Shown here: one piece after another, positions 9,386-19,989 of the stretch
How positions within the stretch are numbered: the first letter of the stretch is position 1
Layout: each line of letters begins with the position of its first letter
Origin: Acholeplasma laidlawii PG-8A
GTDB lineage: Bacteria; Bacillota_I; Bacilli_A; Acholeplasmatales; Acholeplasmataceae
Direction of reading: 5' to 3'
DNA: 32,000 bases
Assembly (NCBI RefSeq): GCF_000018785.1
Contig: NC_010163.1
Location: 180,001 to 212,000 of the forward strand
Program-made: the position numbers and the translations under genes
The notes under the pieces: model-generated
Databases searched by the model: none
What the model was told of the DNA's origin: nothing
What the model saw: the letters and a program-made list of their open reading frames with translations, nothing else

Positions 9386-10720
9386 ATGGCCAATAAAATT
9401 CCTAACGCAGTAGATGCTGAAAAATCAGTATTAGGGGCTATTCTTTTAGATAGTCAAACTGCACCGAATATTTTTGATGAGATCTCCGAAAGTGATTTTT
9501 ACTTAAATGCACATGGACTTATCTTTCAAGCAATGAAGGATTTGTATAATGATCGTAAATCGATTGACTACACATCATTAAAATCAATCTTAGAGCATAA
9601 ATCTCAATTAGAAACTGTTGGTGGATTATCTTATATTCTTGATTTATCAGAATATACTGTATCCATTGACCATATTGATACCTATATTGAAATTGTTAAA
9701 GACTTATCCTTAAAAAGAGATGTTATTAGAATTACACAAGAGCTTGCTACTCAAGGTCTTACATCAGATATTAACTCTGCTGAATACTTAGATAAAGTTG
9801 AAGGTGCAATCTTAAGTTTATCTCAAAGAAGAAAAGTTGGAGCATTTAAAAATATCGAAGATATTGTTGGCGATGTCACCGAAAAATTACATCACTTACA
9901 AAATCAAAAAGGTGAAGTAACAGGTTTAAGAACTGGTTATGCTACATTAGATAAATATACGAATGGGCTTCAACCAGAAGAACTTATTATCTTAGCTGCT
10001 AGACCTGCTGTTGGTAAATCAGCGTTTGCGATGAACCTAGCTTTAAATGCTGCTAAGTATAATAAAGGCGGTAAAGCGGGCGTTGCAATTTTCTCTCTTG
10101 AAATGAGTAATGAACAATTAGTAACCCGTATGATAGCAAGTATGTCTCATATAGAAAACTCTAAATTAAGAACAGGTTTTTTAACACCACAAGAATGGCG
10201 TAACTATGAGAATATGACAGGTATTTTAAATGACTATAATATCTATTTTGATGATTCATCTTCATCAAATATCAATGATATTAGAGCAAAATGTCGCCGT
10301 CTTGCTCAAGAAGGTAAATTAGATTTTGTTGTGATTGACTATCTTCAATTAATTCATGCTGATGGTAATAACAGACAAGAAGAAGTTTCTAAAATCTCTA
10401 GAGCTTTAAAACAAATGGCTAAAGAATTACGTGTTCCGGTACTGGCATTAAGTCAGCTTTCTCGTGATGTTGAAAAATCAACGGATAAGCGTCCAACGCT
10501 TGCGCACTTAAGAGAATCTGGTTCGATCGAGCAAGATGCCGATATTGTTATGTTTATTCATAGAGAAGAATACTATGCAGCATCAAGTGATGGTGAACAA
10601 ACAGGACAAACAGAAATCTTGGTGCGTAAAAACCGTCAAGGACGTATTGGTGAAATTAACTTTATCTTCTCACCTCAATACTCAAGATTTGATGAACAAT
10701 CCAATATTGAAGAAGCTTAA
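9386..10720 (+). CDS. dnaB: Replicative DNA helicase DnaB
   Basis: IPNAVDAEKSVLGAILLD, ARPAVGKSAFAMNLALNAA, IDYLQLIH, LSQLSRDVEKSTDKRPTLAHLRESGSIEQDAD. Follows rplI as in many Firmicutes. Confidence 0.98.
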   Translation: MANKIPNAVDAEKSVLGAILLDSQTAPNIFDEISESDFYLNAHGLIFQAMKDLYNDRKSIDYTSLKSILEHKSQLETVGGLSYILDLSEYTVSIDHIDTYIEIVKDLSLKRDVIRITQELATQGLTSDINSAEYLDKVEGAILSLSQRRKVGAFKNIEDIVGDVTEKLHHLQNQKGEVTGLRTGYATLDKYTNGLQPEELIILAARPAVGKSAFAMNLALNAAKYNKGGKAGVAIFSLEMSNEQLVTRMIASMSHIENSKLRTGFLTPQEWRNYENMTGILNDYNIYFDDSSSSNINDIRAKCRRLAQEGKLDFVVIDYLQLIHADGNNRQEEVSKISRALKQMAKELRVPVLALSQLSRDVEKSTDKRPTLAHLRESGSIEQDADIVMFIHREEYYAASSDGEQTGQTEILVRKNRQGRIGEINFIFSPQYSRFDEQSNIEEA

Positions 10721-10740
10721 TCATTATAAAACAATAACAA

Positions 10741-10767
10741 AAAAACCTGGAAAATTTCCAGGTTTTT
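10741..10767. terminator. Bidirectional terminator between convergent dnaB and dps
   Basis: AAAAACCTGGAAAATTTCCAGGTTTTT; symmetric, with A/T tracts on both sides. Confidence 0.88.
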
Positions 10768-10780
10768 GTTTATATGCACA

Positions 10781-11215
10781 CTATTTATTGAATGCGGAAA
10801 ACATCCAAATGTGTTTTTCAAATGATGCAACAGCACCAATTAACATATCTGCTGTTTGTTCATCTTCTTGTGATTGACTTTCCTTAGTTAATGCTTTAAA
10901 TTCAGTAACTAATTGTTTTAGGTCATCCACTAATTCGTCTACCATCAATTTAGAATCTAATGTCTCTGTTTCTTTAAGTGTTGTTAGTTTTAGATAGGCA
11001 CTTAAAGTAGATGCTGGTTTACCACCGATAATAATTAATCTTTCAGCAAACGCGTCATATAATTCATTGACCTCATCGTAAAGTGATTCAAACTTTTCGT
11101 GTAAAGTGAAGAAGCCTTTCCCTTCAATAAACCAGTGAAAATGATGTAGCTTTGTGAAAAGTGTTGCAAGATTGGCTACCTGTTGATTCAATCCATTGTG
11201 TAATTGATTGTTCAT
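10781..11215 (-). CDS. dps: Dps/ferritin-like DNA-binding protein
   Basis: LFTKLHHFHWFIEGKGFFTLHEKFESLYDEVNELYDAFAERLIIIGGKP. Minus-strand SD AAAGGAGG just upstream. Confidence 0.93.
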   Translation of the reverse strand: MNNQLHNGLNQQVANLATLFTKLHHFHWFIEGKGFFTLHEKFESLYDEVNELYDAFAERLIIIGGKPASTLSAYLKLTTLKETETLDSKLMVDELVDDLKQLVTEFKALTKESQSQEDEQTADMLIGAVASFEKHIWMFSAFNK

Positions 11216-11307
11216 AAAATATACCTCCTTTGTATGACTATATCATATCAAAAATAGGGTGTTTTGTGGTAAAATATACAAGCATGTGGCAGAAAGTTGA
11301 GGCGTTT

Positions 11308-11871
11308 ATGGGAAAGAATAGTTATTTCAATATATTTATTTCGTTTTTTAAAATCGGACTATTTACCTTTGGTGGTGGATATGCAATGATGCGTGTTATG
11401 GAACGAGAATTTGTAGAAAACAAAAAGTGGATGGATTCAAAATCCATGTTAGATTTACTGGCAATATCACAATCTACACCTGGACCGTTTGCAATTAATA
11501 GTGCAACCTATATTGGTTACCAACAAAAAAAGGTTGGGGGATCAGTTGCAGCAACCTTAGGTGTTGTATTACCATCCTTTATCATTATTATATTAATTAG
11601 TATATTTTTAGAAGCGTTTAGTCAAAACATTCATATTCAAAATGTTTTAAAAGGTATTAATGCAGGTGTTGCTGTATTAATATTCAATGCGTGGTTTTCT
11701 TTATCAAAAAGCTTAGGAGTGACTGTGATCAATGTCATACTCATGGCTATTGGATTTTTAATCTCATTATTTATACCAAGTTTCTCTGTTGTATACTTAA
11801 TTATCATTACTGCAATATTTGCAATCATTTATGGACTATTCATGAATCGAGGAAAAGTAGATGCTAATTGA
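11308..11871 (+). CDS. Chromate transporter family protein, half-size subunit 1
   Basis: FFKIGLFTFGGGYAMMRVMEREFV, ISQSTPGPFAINSATYIGYQ. Track start 11230 is a TTG inside the divergent promoter region; ATG 11308 with a nearby GAGG is preferred (ATG 11284 is possible). Confidence 0.88.
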   Translation: MGKNSYFNIFISFFKIGLFTFGGGYAMMRVMEREFVENKKWMDSKSMLDLLAISQSTPGPFAINSATYIGYQQKKVGGSVAATLGVVLPSFIIIILISIFLEAFSQNIHIQNVLKGINAGVAVLIFNAWFSLSKSLGVTVINVILMAIGFLISLFIPSFSVVYLIIITAIFAIIYGLFMNRGKVDAN

Positions 11872-12427
11872 GTTAATACAGTTATTCCTAATATTCTTTA
11901 AAATCGGTTTATTTACATTTGGTGGTGGTTATGCAATGATACCACTTATCCGTAATGAAGTTGTTGGTGCAGGCTATCTATCGATTGTTCAAGTAGATCA
12001 ATTTATTGGTATTGCGGAATCAACACCTGGTCCTTTTGCAATAAATATAGCAACTTTTGTAGGATATAACTCGTTTGGTGTATGGGGTTCAATTTTGGCC
12101 ACTTTAGGGGTTGTTTTACCAAGTTTTATCATAATTATCTTAATTGCTATATTTAGTGCTAAAATATTAAAGTCTAAACCTGTTAGATATGCATTAAGTT
12201 GGATTAATCCATTAACTGTAGGTCTTATTTTGTCTGCTGGGGTTTCAGTTGTAATTAATGCGATTTTTGGTAGTATTGAAGGTTTAGTTGCATTTAATAC
12301 AGATTATATTGCCTTGGTGATATTTGGTCTTGTATTGGTTGTGTCATTTGTATTTAAAAAGATAAATCCTATATGGCTGATCATACTATCGGGTATACTT
12401 GGATTTATTGGTTATACTATTTTCTAA
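11861..12427 (+). CDS. Chromate transporter family protein, half-size subunit 2
   Basis: FFKIGLFTFGGGYAMIPLIRNEVV, GIAESTPGPFAINIATFVGY. Overlaps the preceding ORF. Confidence 0.9.
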   Translation: MLIELIQLFLIFFKIGLFTFGGGYAMIPLIRNEVVGAGYLSIVQVDQFIGIAESTPGPFAINIATFVGYNSFGVWGSILATLGVVLPSFIIIILIAIFSAKILKSKPVRYALSWINPLTVGLILSAGVSVVINAIFGSIEGLVAFNTDYIALVIFGLVLVVSFVFKKINPIWLIILSGILGFIGYTIF

Positions 12428-12437
12428 GGAGAAAATT

Positions 12438-13502
12438 ATGTTTGAAAGATTAGAAGTCATGAGAAAAACGTATTATGCGTTACAAGAAAAATTGGCATCA
12501 GGTATTAGTGATGTCAAAGAGATTACAAAACTCATGAAAGAACTTAAAAGTTTAGAAGATGCTGTCGTAGCATATGAAAAATATTTAAGTTTAAAAGAAC
12601 AATTAAAAGATTTAGAAGAACTACTTGAGTTAGAAACTGAAAGTAGTGTTTTAGAAATGGCGAAAGCTGAAGAAAAATCACTAGAAAGTGATATTGAAAA
12701 CTTAGAAGAAAGTTTACGTATTTTACTTCTACCTAAAGATCCAGATGACGATAAAAACGTCATCATTGAAATTAAGGGTGCAGCAGGTGGAGATGAAGGT
12801 AACATCTTTGCAGGTGATTTATTTAAAATGTATTCTAAATATGCTGAAAGTATGGGCTGGAAAGTTACACTTGTAAATACAACACCAGGTTCTAGTGGTG
12901 GTTTTGCAGGTATAGAGTTCATCATTTCTGGTGAGAATGCATTTAGTTATTTAAAACACGAATCCGGTGTACACCGCGTACAACGCGTACCTGAAACAGA
13001 AAGCCAAGGGCGCATTCATACTTCAACTGCAGTCGTACTTGCATTACCTGAACAAGAGGATATTGAGTATGATGTCAAGTGGGAAGATATCCGTTTTGAT
13101 ACATATAACTCATCAGGTGCAGGTGGACAATCTGTTAATACAACTTATTCAGCAGTTCGTTTAACGCATATACCTACAAATGTCGTTGTAACATCACAAG
13201 AAGAACGTAGTCAACATGCAAATAAGGATAGAGCTTATAAATTATTAGTCACTCGTATTTATGATAAAATTCAACAAGAGCAACTAGAAAAAGAAGGCGA
13301 AAGTAGAAAAGCTTTAATCGGACGTGGTAACCGTAGTGAAAAGATTAGAACCTATAACTACCCACAAAACCGAGTAACAGATCACCGTATTGGTTTAACC
13401 ATTAATAGACTAGATGCAATTATGGAAGGTCGTATTGATTTAATTATCGAACCACTCATTAACGAAATCCAAAAAGAAGCATTAGAAGGACAATCAAAGT
13501 GA
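12438..13502 (+). CDS. prfA: Peptide chain release factor 1
   Basis: ATG 12438 follows AAGGAG. GVHRVQRVPETESQGRIHTS and SSGAGGQSVNTTYSAVRLTH (GGQ motif). Confidence 0.97.
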   Translation: MFERLEVMRKTYYALQEKLASGISDVKEITKLMKELKSLEDAVVAYEKYLSLKEQLKDLEELLELETESSVLEMAKAEEKSLESDIENLEESLRILLLPKDPDDDKNVIIEIKGAAGGDEGNIFAGDLFKMYSKYAESMGWKVTLVNTTPGSSGGFAGIEFIISGENAFSYLKHESGVHRVQRVPETESQGRIHTSTAVVLALPEQEDIEYDVKWEDIRFDTYNSSGAGGQSVNTTYSAVRLTHIPTNVVVTSQEERSQHANKDRAYKLLVTRIYDKIQQEQLEKEGESRKALIGRGNRSEKIRTYNYPQNRVTDHRIGLTINRLDAIMEGRIDLIIEPLINEIQKEALEGQSK

Positions 13503-14350
13503 CACTTCAAGACTTAGTAAAAACCTATGAAAAAAGGGTTATCAGTTTAGGTAAAGAACCACATGCAATGAGTTGGTTAATTACCGAATTATCAGGTTAT
13601 TCACCAACAGAGTTTTATTTAAAGATGAATTCTAAAGTAAGTGAAGAACTCATTAACAAAATCGAAGATGGTTTTAAACGCTACGCCATAGAAGGTACCC
13701 CTGTACAACATATTGTAGGTTACTCTTACTTTTATGGTTACAAATTTAAAGTCAGTGATCAAGTATTAATACCAAGAAGAGAAACAGAACAATTAGTGGA
13801 AGAAACACTACTTATCTATGACACATATTTTGAAGACCAAAAAGTCGATGTACTTGATTTAGGTACCGGTAGTGGAGCGATTGCTATTACATTATCTATT
13901 GAAGAACCTAACATGCAAGTAGAGGCATCAGATATCTCTGTGACAGCACTTATGGTTGCAAGAGAAAACCAATTAAACTTAAGCAGCAAAGTGAATTTTA
14001 TTGCATCGGATTGGTTTAGTAACATCAACAAAAAATACGATATAATCGTCGCAAATCCGCCTTACATTCCAAATGATGAAGCAGTAGAGGATGTTGTAAC
14101 AAAAGAACCTAGTTTAGCCCTTTACGGCGGTGTAGATGGACTTGAACCTTATGAGATTATCTTAAAGAATGCTAAAAACTATCTAAAAGAAAAGGCACTC
14201 ATTGCCTTTGAACATAGTATGTATCAAAGTGAAAATTTAAAAACTTTAATCTTAAAATATTTTAAAGATGCTAAAGTAAGACAACTAAAAGACTTACAAG
14301 GTAAAGATCGTATGACGTTTGTTGGTTTAGGTGGTGTATTTAATGACTAA
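13499..14350 (+). CDS. prmC: Release factor glutamine methyltransferase
   Basis: IPRRETEQLV, VLDLGTGSGAIAITL, VANPPYIPNDE. Coupled to prfA by overlap. Confidence 0.96.
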   Translation: MTLQDLVKTYEKRVISLGKEPHAMSWLITELSGYSPTEFYLKMNSKVSEELINKIEDGFKRYAIEGTPVQHIVGYSYFYGYKFKVSDQVLIPRRETEQLVEETLLIYDTYFEDQKVDVLDLGTGSGAIAITLSIEEPNMQVEASDISVTALMVARENQLNLSSKVNFIASDWFSNINKKYDIIVANPPYIPNDEAVEDVVTKEPSLALYGGVDGLEPYEIILKNAKNYLKEKALIAFEHSMYQSENLKTLILKYFKDAKVRQLKDLQGKDRMTFVGLGGVFND

Positions 14351-14891
14351 ATTACTTATTTTCCCAACTGATACTGTTTATGGATTAGGCACACCTTATT
14401 TAGATAAGGAAGGCTTAAAACAAATCTATGAAATTAAAGGTAGAGACTTTAATAAACCCATAGCAATTTTAATTTCAAACTTAGAACAAGTAAAAGAGAT
14501 TGCTAAGGCGAGTGATAATGCTTTAAAAGTAGCATCTAAATTTTGGCCAGGTGGGTTAACACTTATCTTTGAAAGTAGTGATGCTTACTATCAACAAAGT
14601 GGAGAAAAAACAATCGGACTTAGAATGCCAAATCATAAATTAGCTTTAAAGTTAATCGATGAACTAGGACCACTAAAAACAACCTCTGTAAACTACTCAA
14701 ATCAACCACCATTAAATGATTATGATGCAATCATGAAGGTATTTGGTGATAAAGTAGACAAGGTTTACCCAAATGAAGAGTCTTTAAGTGAGGTATCGTC
14801 TACAGTCATAGACTTTACACATGATTTACCATCACTTATTAGACAAGGTGACATCACACTTGATGAAATAATGAAAGTTCTTGAAAAATAG
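14343..14891 (+). CDS. tsaC: Threonylcarbamoyl-AMP synthase (Sua5/YrdC/YwlC family)
   Basis: FPTDTVYGLGTPYLDKEGLKQIYEIKGRDFNKPIAILISN, ASKFWPGGLTLIF, TVIDFTHDLPSLIRQGDI. ATG 14343 preferred over GTG 14331. Confidence 0.93.
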   Translation: MTKLLIFPTDTVYGLGTPYLDKEGLKQIYEIKGRDFNKPIAILISNLEQVKEIAKASDNALKVASKFWPGGLTLIFESSDAYYQQSGEKTIGLRMPNHKLALKLIDELGPLKTTSVNYSNQPPLNDYDAIMKVFGDKVDKVYPNEESLSEVSSTVIDFTHDLPSLIRQGDITLDEIMKVLEK

Positions 14892-14959
14892 AACTTTTTT
14901 CATGAAAATTTTTCATTATATGATAAAATGATAAAGGCTTATAAAAGGAAGTATAAAAT

Positions 14960-16774
14960 ATGGAAATTAGAAACGTTGCCATCATCGCTCACGTCGATCA
15001 TGGAAAAACTACTTTAGTAGATAAACTACTACAACAATCAAGTGAATATCGTGAAAACTCACACATGCAAGAACGTGCAATGGACAACATTGATATTGAA
15101 CGTGAAAGAGGTATTACAATTCTTGCAAAAGCTACCTCAATTGAATACGGTAATTATCGTATTAACATTATGGATACCCCAGGGCACGCCGATTTTGGTG
15201 GTGAAGTTGAACGTATTATGAAACTTGTTGATGGTGTATTACTATTAGTAGACGCTAAAGACGGTGTCATGCCACAAACAAAATTCGTTTTAAGAAAAGC
15301 TTTAGAAGAAAAATTAAAACCGATTGTTGTTATCAATAAAATTGACAGACCATTTGCAGATCCTAAAAAGACTGTAAACCAAGTGTTTGACCTATTTATT
15401 GATCTAGGTGCAACCGATGATCAATTGGAATTTCCAATTATTTATGCTTCTGGTTTATTAGGTTTATCAAGTTTTGATGTTGAATTTGAATCAGCTAAAA
15501 ATATGAAACCATTATTAGATACAATTGTTAACCATGTATCTAAACCAGATGTTAAACTTGATGGACCATTACTTTTCCAACCAGCATTAATTGACTATAA
15601 TGACTATGTTGGTCGTATGGGTATTGGTAAAGTATTTCAAGGCACATTAAAAGTAAACTCATTTGTATCTTGTCTACGTCCTAATGGAAAAGTAGATAAT
15701 TTTAGAATTCAAAAACTATATCGTTATAGTGGTTTAACAAAAGTTGAAACTGCTGAAGCTTATGCTGGCGATATTGTTGCGATTGCTGGATTAAGTGATA
15801 TCTTTGTTGGAGACACCATTACTGAAGTTGGTGAAACTACAAGATTACCTTTACTACACATCGATGAACCAACTGTTCAAATGACTTTCTTAACAAATAG
15901 TTCACCTTTTGCAGGTCAAGAAGGTAAGTTTGTTACAGCAAGTAAGATTGATGAAAGATTAACTAGAGAAGTTCAAAAAGACGTATCCTTAAAAGTGGAA
16001 AAAGAACCAGGTTCTGAAAGTTGGTTAGTTTCAGGACGCGGAGAATTACACTTAGGTATTTTAATTGAAACAATGCGTAGAGAAGGCTTTGAATTTGCTG
16101 TATCTAGGCCTAAAGTTATTATTAAAAATATCGATGGCGTATTAAGTGAACCACATGAAGAAGTTCAAGTGGATACACCTAATGAATTTGTTGGTAGCGT
16201 GATGGAATTACTCGGTAACCGTAAAGGTGAAGTTATTAAAATGGACCAAGGTGTTAACGAAACAAGACTTGTATATAACATGTCTTCACGTGGATTAATT
16301 GGCCTTATGACACAATTTTTAACTGCTACTAAAGGTTATGGTGTACTAGCACATAGTTTCTTAGAATACAAAAAAATGTCAAATGACAATATAGGTAGTC
16401 GCCAAAACGGAGCACTTGTCTCACTTAAAGATGGTCAAACTACAGCTTATGCCATTGGACACTTAGAAGATAGAGGACAATTCTTTATCGAACCAAGAGT
16501 CAATGTTTACGAAGGTATGATTGTTGGTATGAATAATAAAGATAATGACTTAGTCATCAACGTCGTTGAAGAAAAGAAATTAACAAATATGCGTACATCT
16601 GGTAAAGACAATACAGTTGTCTTAAAAAGACCAATTGAAATGAGTTTAGAAGCATGTATGGACTTCATCAATGATGATGAATTAATTGAAATTACTCCAA
16701 AATCAATTCGTATTAGAAAAAAATATTTAAAAGCAAACGAACGTAAAAAAGCAAACTATAGTCAAAATCAATAA
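14960..16774 (+). CDS. typA: Ribosome-associated GTPase TypA/BipA
   Basis: [66 protein letters not shown]. Confidence 0.98.
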   Translation: MEIRNVAIIAHVDHGKTTLVDKLLQQSSEYRENSHMQERAMDNIDIERERGITILAKATSIEYGNYRINIMDTPGHADFGGEVERIMKLVDGVLLLVDAKDGVMPQTKFVLRKALEEKLKPIVVINKIDRPFADPKKTVNQVFDLFIDLGATDDQLEFPIIYASGLLGLSSFDVEFESAKNMKPLLDTIVNHVSKPDVKLDGPLLFQPALIDYNDYVGRMGIGKVFQGTLKVNSFVSCLRPNGKVDNFRIQKLYRYSGLTKVETAEAYAGDIVAIAGLSDIFVGDTITEVGETTRLPLLHIDEPTVQMTFLTNSSPFAGQEGKFVTASKIDERLTREVQKDVSLKVEKEPGSESWLVSGRGELHLGILIETMRREGFEFAVSRPKVIIKNIDGVLSEPHEEVQVDTPNEFVGSVMELLGNRKGEVIKMDQGVNETRLVYNMSSRGLIGLMTQFLTATKGYGVLAHSFLEYKKMSNDNIGSRQNGALVSLKDGQTTAYAIGHLEDRGQFFIEPRVNVYEGMIVGMNNKDNDLVINVVEEKKLTNMRTSGKDNTVVLKRPIEMSLEACMDFINDDELIEITPKSIRIRKKYLKANERKKANYSQNQ

Positions 16775-16843
16775 TTGATATGAATATCAACCAATTAATC
16801 GATATTATTATGTTATAATAAATAAAAATGAGGATGGTGACAT

Positions 16844-17284
16844 ATGAAAATAGGCATTGGCGCAGATCATGCGGGATTTAATAGAAAAACTGAAATCATT
16901 GAGTACTTAACTAAAAAAGGTTATGATGTTGTTGATTTCGGAGCACACTCAGTAGACCGAGTAGATTACCCTGATTATGCAAAAACAGTTTCAGAAGCTG
17001 TTGTAAATAAGGAAGTCGAAGTCGGATTATTAGTATGTGGTACTGGTATTGGTATGAGTATTGCAGCAAATAAAGTCAAAGGTATTAGAGCAGCTCACGT
17101 CTTTGATGAATTAACTGCTAGACTTGCAAGAGAGCATAATCATGCAAATGTGATTGCTTTTGGTGGCAGAAACCAAACAACATCAGAATCAAAAATTATT
17201 GTTGATGCATATTTAAATGCACATGAAGAATCTCGTCATCAACATCGCGTAGACAAGATTGCAGCTATTGAAAATGGTGAGTAA
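16844..17284 (+). CDS. rpiB: Ribose-5-phosphate isomerase B
   Basis: IGADHAGFNRK, GAHSVDRVDYPDYA, LLVCGTGIGMSIAANKVKGIRAA, REHNHANVIAFGGR. Confidence 0.96.
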   Translation: MKIGIGADHAGFNRKTEIIEYLTKKGYDVVDFGAHSVDRVDYPDYAKTVSEAVVNKEVEVGLLVCGTGIGMSIAANKVKGIRAAHVFDELTARLAREHNHANVIAFGGRNQTTSESKIIVDAYLNAHEESRHQHRVDKIAAIENGE

Positions 17285-17287
17285 ACC

Positions 17288-17914
17288 ATGGGCAAACTTG
17301 TTGTATTAAATCACCCATTAATCGATCATAAAATGGCACTTATAAGAGATAAAAACACCAGTACAAAAACATTTAGAGAAACTGTTGGAGAAATTGGTGC
17401 ATTAATCACTTATGAAATCACAAAAGATCTAGAAACTGTTGAAATTGAAGTGGAAACTCCAATTCAAAAAACAATTTGTAGACAATTAAAAAAACAACTT
17501 GTTATCGTTCCAATTTTAAGAGCAGGACTCGGTATGGTGAATGGTATTCATGATATGGTACCAAGTGCAAAAATAGGCCATATTGGTTTATATAGAGATG
17601 AAAAATCTCTAGAACCAGTATCTTATTATGCAAAATTCCCAACAGACATATTAGATGGTGTAGTGTTAGTTGTTGACCCAATGCTTGCAACGGGTGGATC
17701 AGCTACTGCAGCAATCACTGAACTTAAAAATCGTGGAGCTAAAGATGTTAGATTTGTTGGTCTAGTAGGGTGTCCTGAAGGTGTTAAACGTCTTCAAATG
17801 GATCATCCGGATGTACCAATATATTTAGCAGCATTAGATGAGAAACTTAATGAGGTTGGCTACATTGTACCAGGACTTGGAGATGCAGGAGACCGCCTCT
17901 TCGGTACTAAATAA
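17288..17914 (+). CDS. upp: Uracil phosphoribosyltransferase
   Basis: [72 protein letters not shown]. Confidence 0.97.
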   Translation: MGKLVVLNHPLIDHKMALIRDKNTSTKTFRETVGEIGALITYEITKDLETVEIEVETPIQKTICRQLKKQLVIVPILRAGLGMVNGIHDMVPSAKIGHIGLYRDEKSLEPVSYYAKFPTDILDGVVLVVDPMLATGGSATAAITELKNRGAKDVRFVGLVGCPEGVKRLQMDHPDVPIYLAALDEKLNEVGYIVPGLGDAGDRLFGTK

Positions 17915-18129
17915 TGAATCCATATGTGACTTATATTGTATTTTGGTCTGTATTTGTAGTAGGTTTCTTCGTAAGTTTTAGAATTCTACAAGCAATAGAA
18001 ATAGAAAAATATTTCAAAAAGTATAGACTCTTTGAAATCAATGCAGCATATTTAATTCTTTCATTATTAACTAGTTACTTTTTAGCTAAAATGTTATTAG
18101 ACATTATTGAATTATTTCCAAGGAACTAA
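17914..18129 (+). CDS. Small membrane protein, DUF1146/YwzB-like
   Basis: 71 aa, two TM segments. FRILQAIEIEKYFKK...LILSLLTSYFLAKMLLDIIEL resembles YwzB. Overlaps the upp stop. Confidence 0.65.
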   Translation: MNPYVTYIVFWSVFVVGFFVSFRILQAIEIEKYFKKYRLFEINAAYLILSLLTSYFLAKMLLDIIELFPRN

Positions 18130-18702
18130 AATATCTTTAGTTCCTTTTTCTTTTACCAATTTAAACAAATGACGATGTTCTTCAATTAAACTTAAGTCAT
18201 CCGTAAAAGAAAGTTCATATATGACGTCACCTAAAAAATCTTTATGTGTGATAAAGTCTTTAAAAAGGTGATCGATTAAACCGATTTGATCATATTTAAA
18301 TGTGACTTCAAAATTGGTTGTAGTTATCTTTTTTAAAATAGGTGCATCAATTAAAACTTGTGAGATAGATTTAGCATACGCTCTAATTAAACCACCCGCA
18401 CCAAGTTTGATACCGCCAAAATAGCGCACCACAACAGCAAAACAATTTTGTAGATTGTGTTTGTTTAAAACCTCAAGCATGGGTACGCCTGCTGTACCAG
18501 AGGGTTCACCGTCATCATTTGATCCTTGAGAGTTTTCAAAGACATATGCTGTACAATAGTGGGTTGCTTTAGGATAAGTCTTTTTAATGATTTTAAGTAT
18601 TTCAGGCATGTCTAAAATACTATCTATGGGTGTAATAATAGCTATGAATTCTGACTTATCAATAATAATTTTATGTTCAATTTGTTTTTCTAGATAATAC
18701 AT
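18112..18702 (-). CDS. YigZ/IMPACT family protein
   Basis: ATHYCTAYVFENSQGSNDDGEPSGTAGVPML and VVRYFGGIKLGAGGLIRAYAKS are family hallmarks. Confidence 0.95.
   Translation of the reverse strand: MYYLEKQIEHKIIIDKSEFIAIITPIDSILDMPEILKIIKKTYPKATHYCTAYVFENSQGSNDDGEPSGTAGVPMLEVLNKHNLQNCFAVVVRYFGGIKLGAGGLIRAYAKSISQVLIDAPILKKITTTNFEVTFKYDQIGLIDHLFKDFITHKDFLGDVIYELSFTDDLSLIEEHRHLFKLVKEKGTKDILVPWK
18121..18150 (+). terminator. Intrinsic terminator for the rpiB-upp-DUF1146 unit, inside the overlapping 3' ends of convergent genes
   Basis: AGGAACTAAA-ATATC-TTTAGTTCCT followed by TTTTTC on the + strand. Confidence 0.85.
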
Positions 18703-18837
18703 ATAATCACCTTATATAAAAGTATATCATAAAAACATATAAGTTTTTCACACATTTATTGAGTCCTCCCTTTTTATAATGTGCTATTTTTGATATAATG
18801 TTAAAGGTATATAAAATAATTGGTAGGTTATAAAAAT

Positions 18838-19986
18838 ATGAGTTTAAAATCAGCGAAAAATTTAATCAGAGATTTAAAGAAACATGGCTATCAAGCTTAC
18901 TTAGTTGGAGGCGTGGTCAGAGACTTTCTAATGAAAGCCAAGTTTAGTGATATCGATATAACTACCAGTGCCAAACCATATGAAGTTATGAAACATTTTA
19001 AGGCGGTCCCTACAGGTATTAAATATGGTACGATAACTATCATGTATGATAATGTATCCTTTGAAGTGACAACCTTTAGAACAGATGGTCCTACATCTGA
19101 CTTTAGACATCCGGATTCCGTCATTTACTCAGATAACGTTAATGATGATGTGATGCGTCGTGATTTTACAATGAATGGTATCTTAATGGATGAGTATCAA
19201 AATATCTATGACTACGTAGGTGGTCAAAGAGATATCGAACATAAAATCATCCGTGCGATTGGAGATCCAAACGAACGCTTTAAAGAAGATGCACTACGTA
19301 TGTTACGAGCATTCTATTTCCAATCCAAATTAGGCTTTGAAATAGAACCTGTAACCAAACAAGCAATTCAAGATAATGCACATTTAATTAAAGAGTTAGC
19401 GATGGAACGCATTCATGCTGAACTCATTAAAATACTTAAAGGTAAACATCTAAAAACGGCCTTAAACTCCATGATTGAAACAGGTATACATAAAGTACTA
19501 CCTGGATTAGAAAAAGGGATTATACATACCGCTAATTTAGAAGAAATGCCTTTTATTGATACATTCTTTGCTTTATCATTTACTTTAAACAATGGATTTA
19601 TTCCGGCTAAATGGACATTTTCAAATAGACACCGTCATAAATATCAAAAGGCAAGTGAACTTGCTTTAATGCACCCAACAACAATTCCAGATACTGCACT
19701 GTATCACTATGGATTAGAGATATCTTTACTTGCTAATAAAGTGAACTTTAACTTAGGTAAACAAAGTTATCAAAATCAATCACTTCAAGAAAGATTTAAT
19801 AACTTACCACTAAAAAGTGAGTTGGATCTTGCACTGACAAGTCAAGAGATTATGAATATTGTAAATAAAAAAGCCGGTGCTTGGTTAGGTAAATTAAAAG
19901 CACACATGATTGATCATATTCTAGAAAAGAAACTGTCTAACAATAAAGAAGCATTAACAAGTTTTGTTAGTACATATGAGGTGTAA
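18838..19986 (+). CDS. cca: CCA tRNA nucleotidyltransferase
   Basis: ATG 18838 (track start 18820 is a TTG). YLVGGVVRDFLMKAKFSDIDITTSAKP, RRDFTMNGILMD, RFKEDALRMLRAFYFQSKLGF. Confidence 0.94.
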   Translation: MSLKSAKNLIRDLKKHGYQAYLVGGVVRDFLMKAKFSDIDITTSAKPYEVMKHFKAVPTGIKYGTITIMYDNVSFEVTTFRTDGPTSDFRHPDSVIYSDNVNDDVMRRDFTMNGILMDEYQNIYDYVGGQRDIEHKIIRAIGDPNERFKEDALRMLRAFYFQSKLGFEIEPVTKQAIQDNAHLIKELAMERIHAELIKILKGKHLKTALNSMIETGIHKVLPGLEKGIIHTANLEEMPFIDTFFALSFTLNNGFIPAKWTFSNRHRHKYQKASELALMHPTTIPDTALYHYGLEISLLANKVNFNLGKQSYQNQSLQERFNNLPLKSELDLALTSQEIMNIVNKKAGAWLGKLKAHMIDHILEKKLSNNKEALTSFVSTYEV

Positions 19987-19989
19987 CAG

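Noticed and set aside
10536-10877. Plus-strand ORF of 113 aa overlapping dnaB 3' end and the dnaB/dps terminator
   Set aside because: Out of frame with dnaB, crosses a bidirectional terminator, and runs antisense into dps; no homology-like sequence.
12473-12925. Minus-strand ORF of 150 aa antisense to prfA
   Set aside because: Ser-rich shadow frame of a conserved coding region.
16775-16790. Inverted repeat TTGATAT-GA-ATATCAA downstream of typA
   Set aside because: Short and A/T-only apart from two G/C pairs, no T-tract, and easily expected by chance in this base composition.
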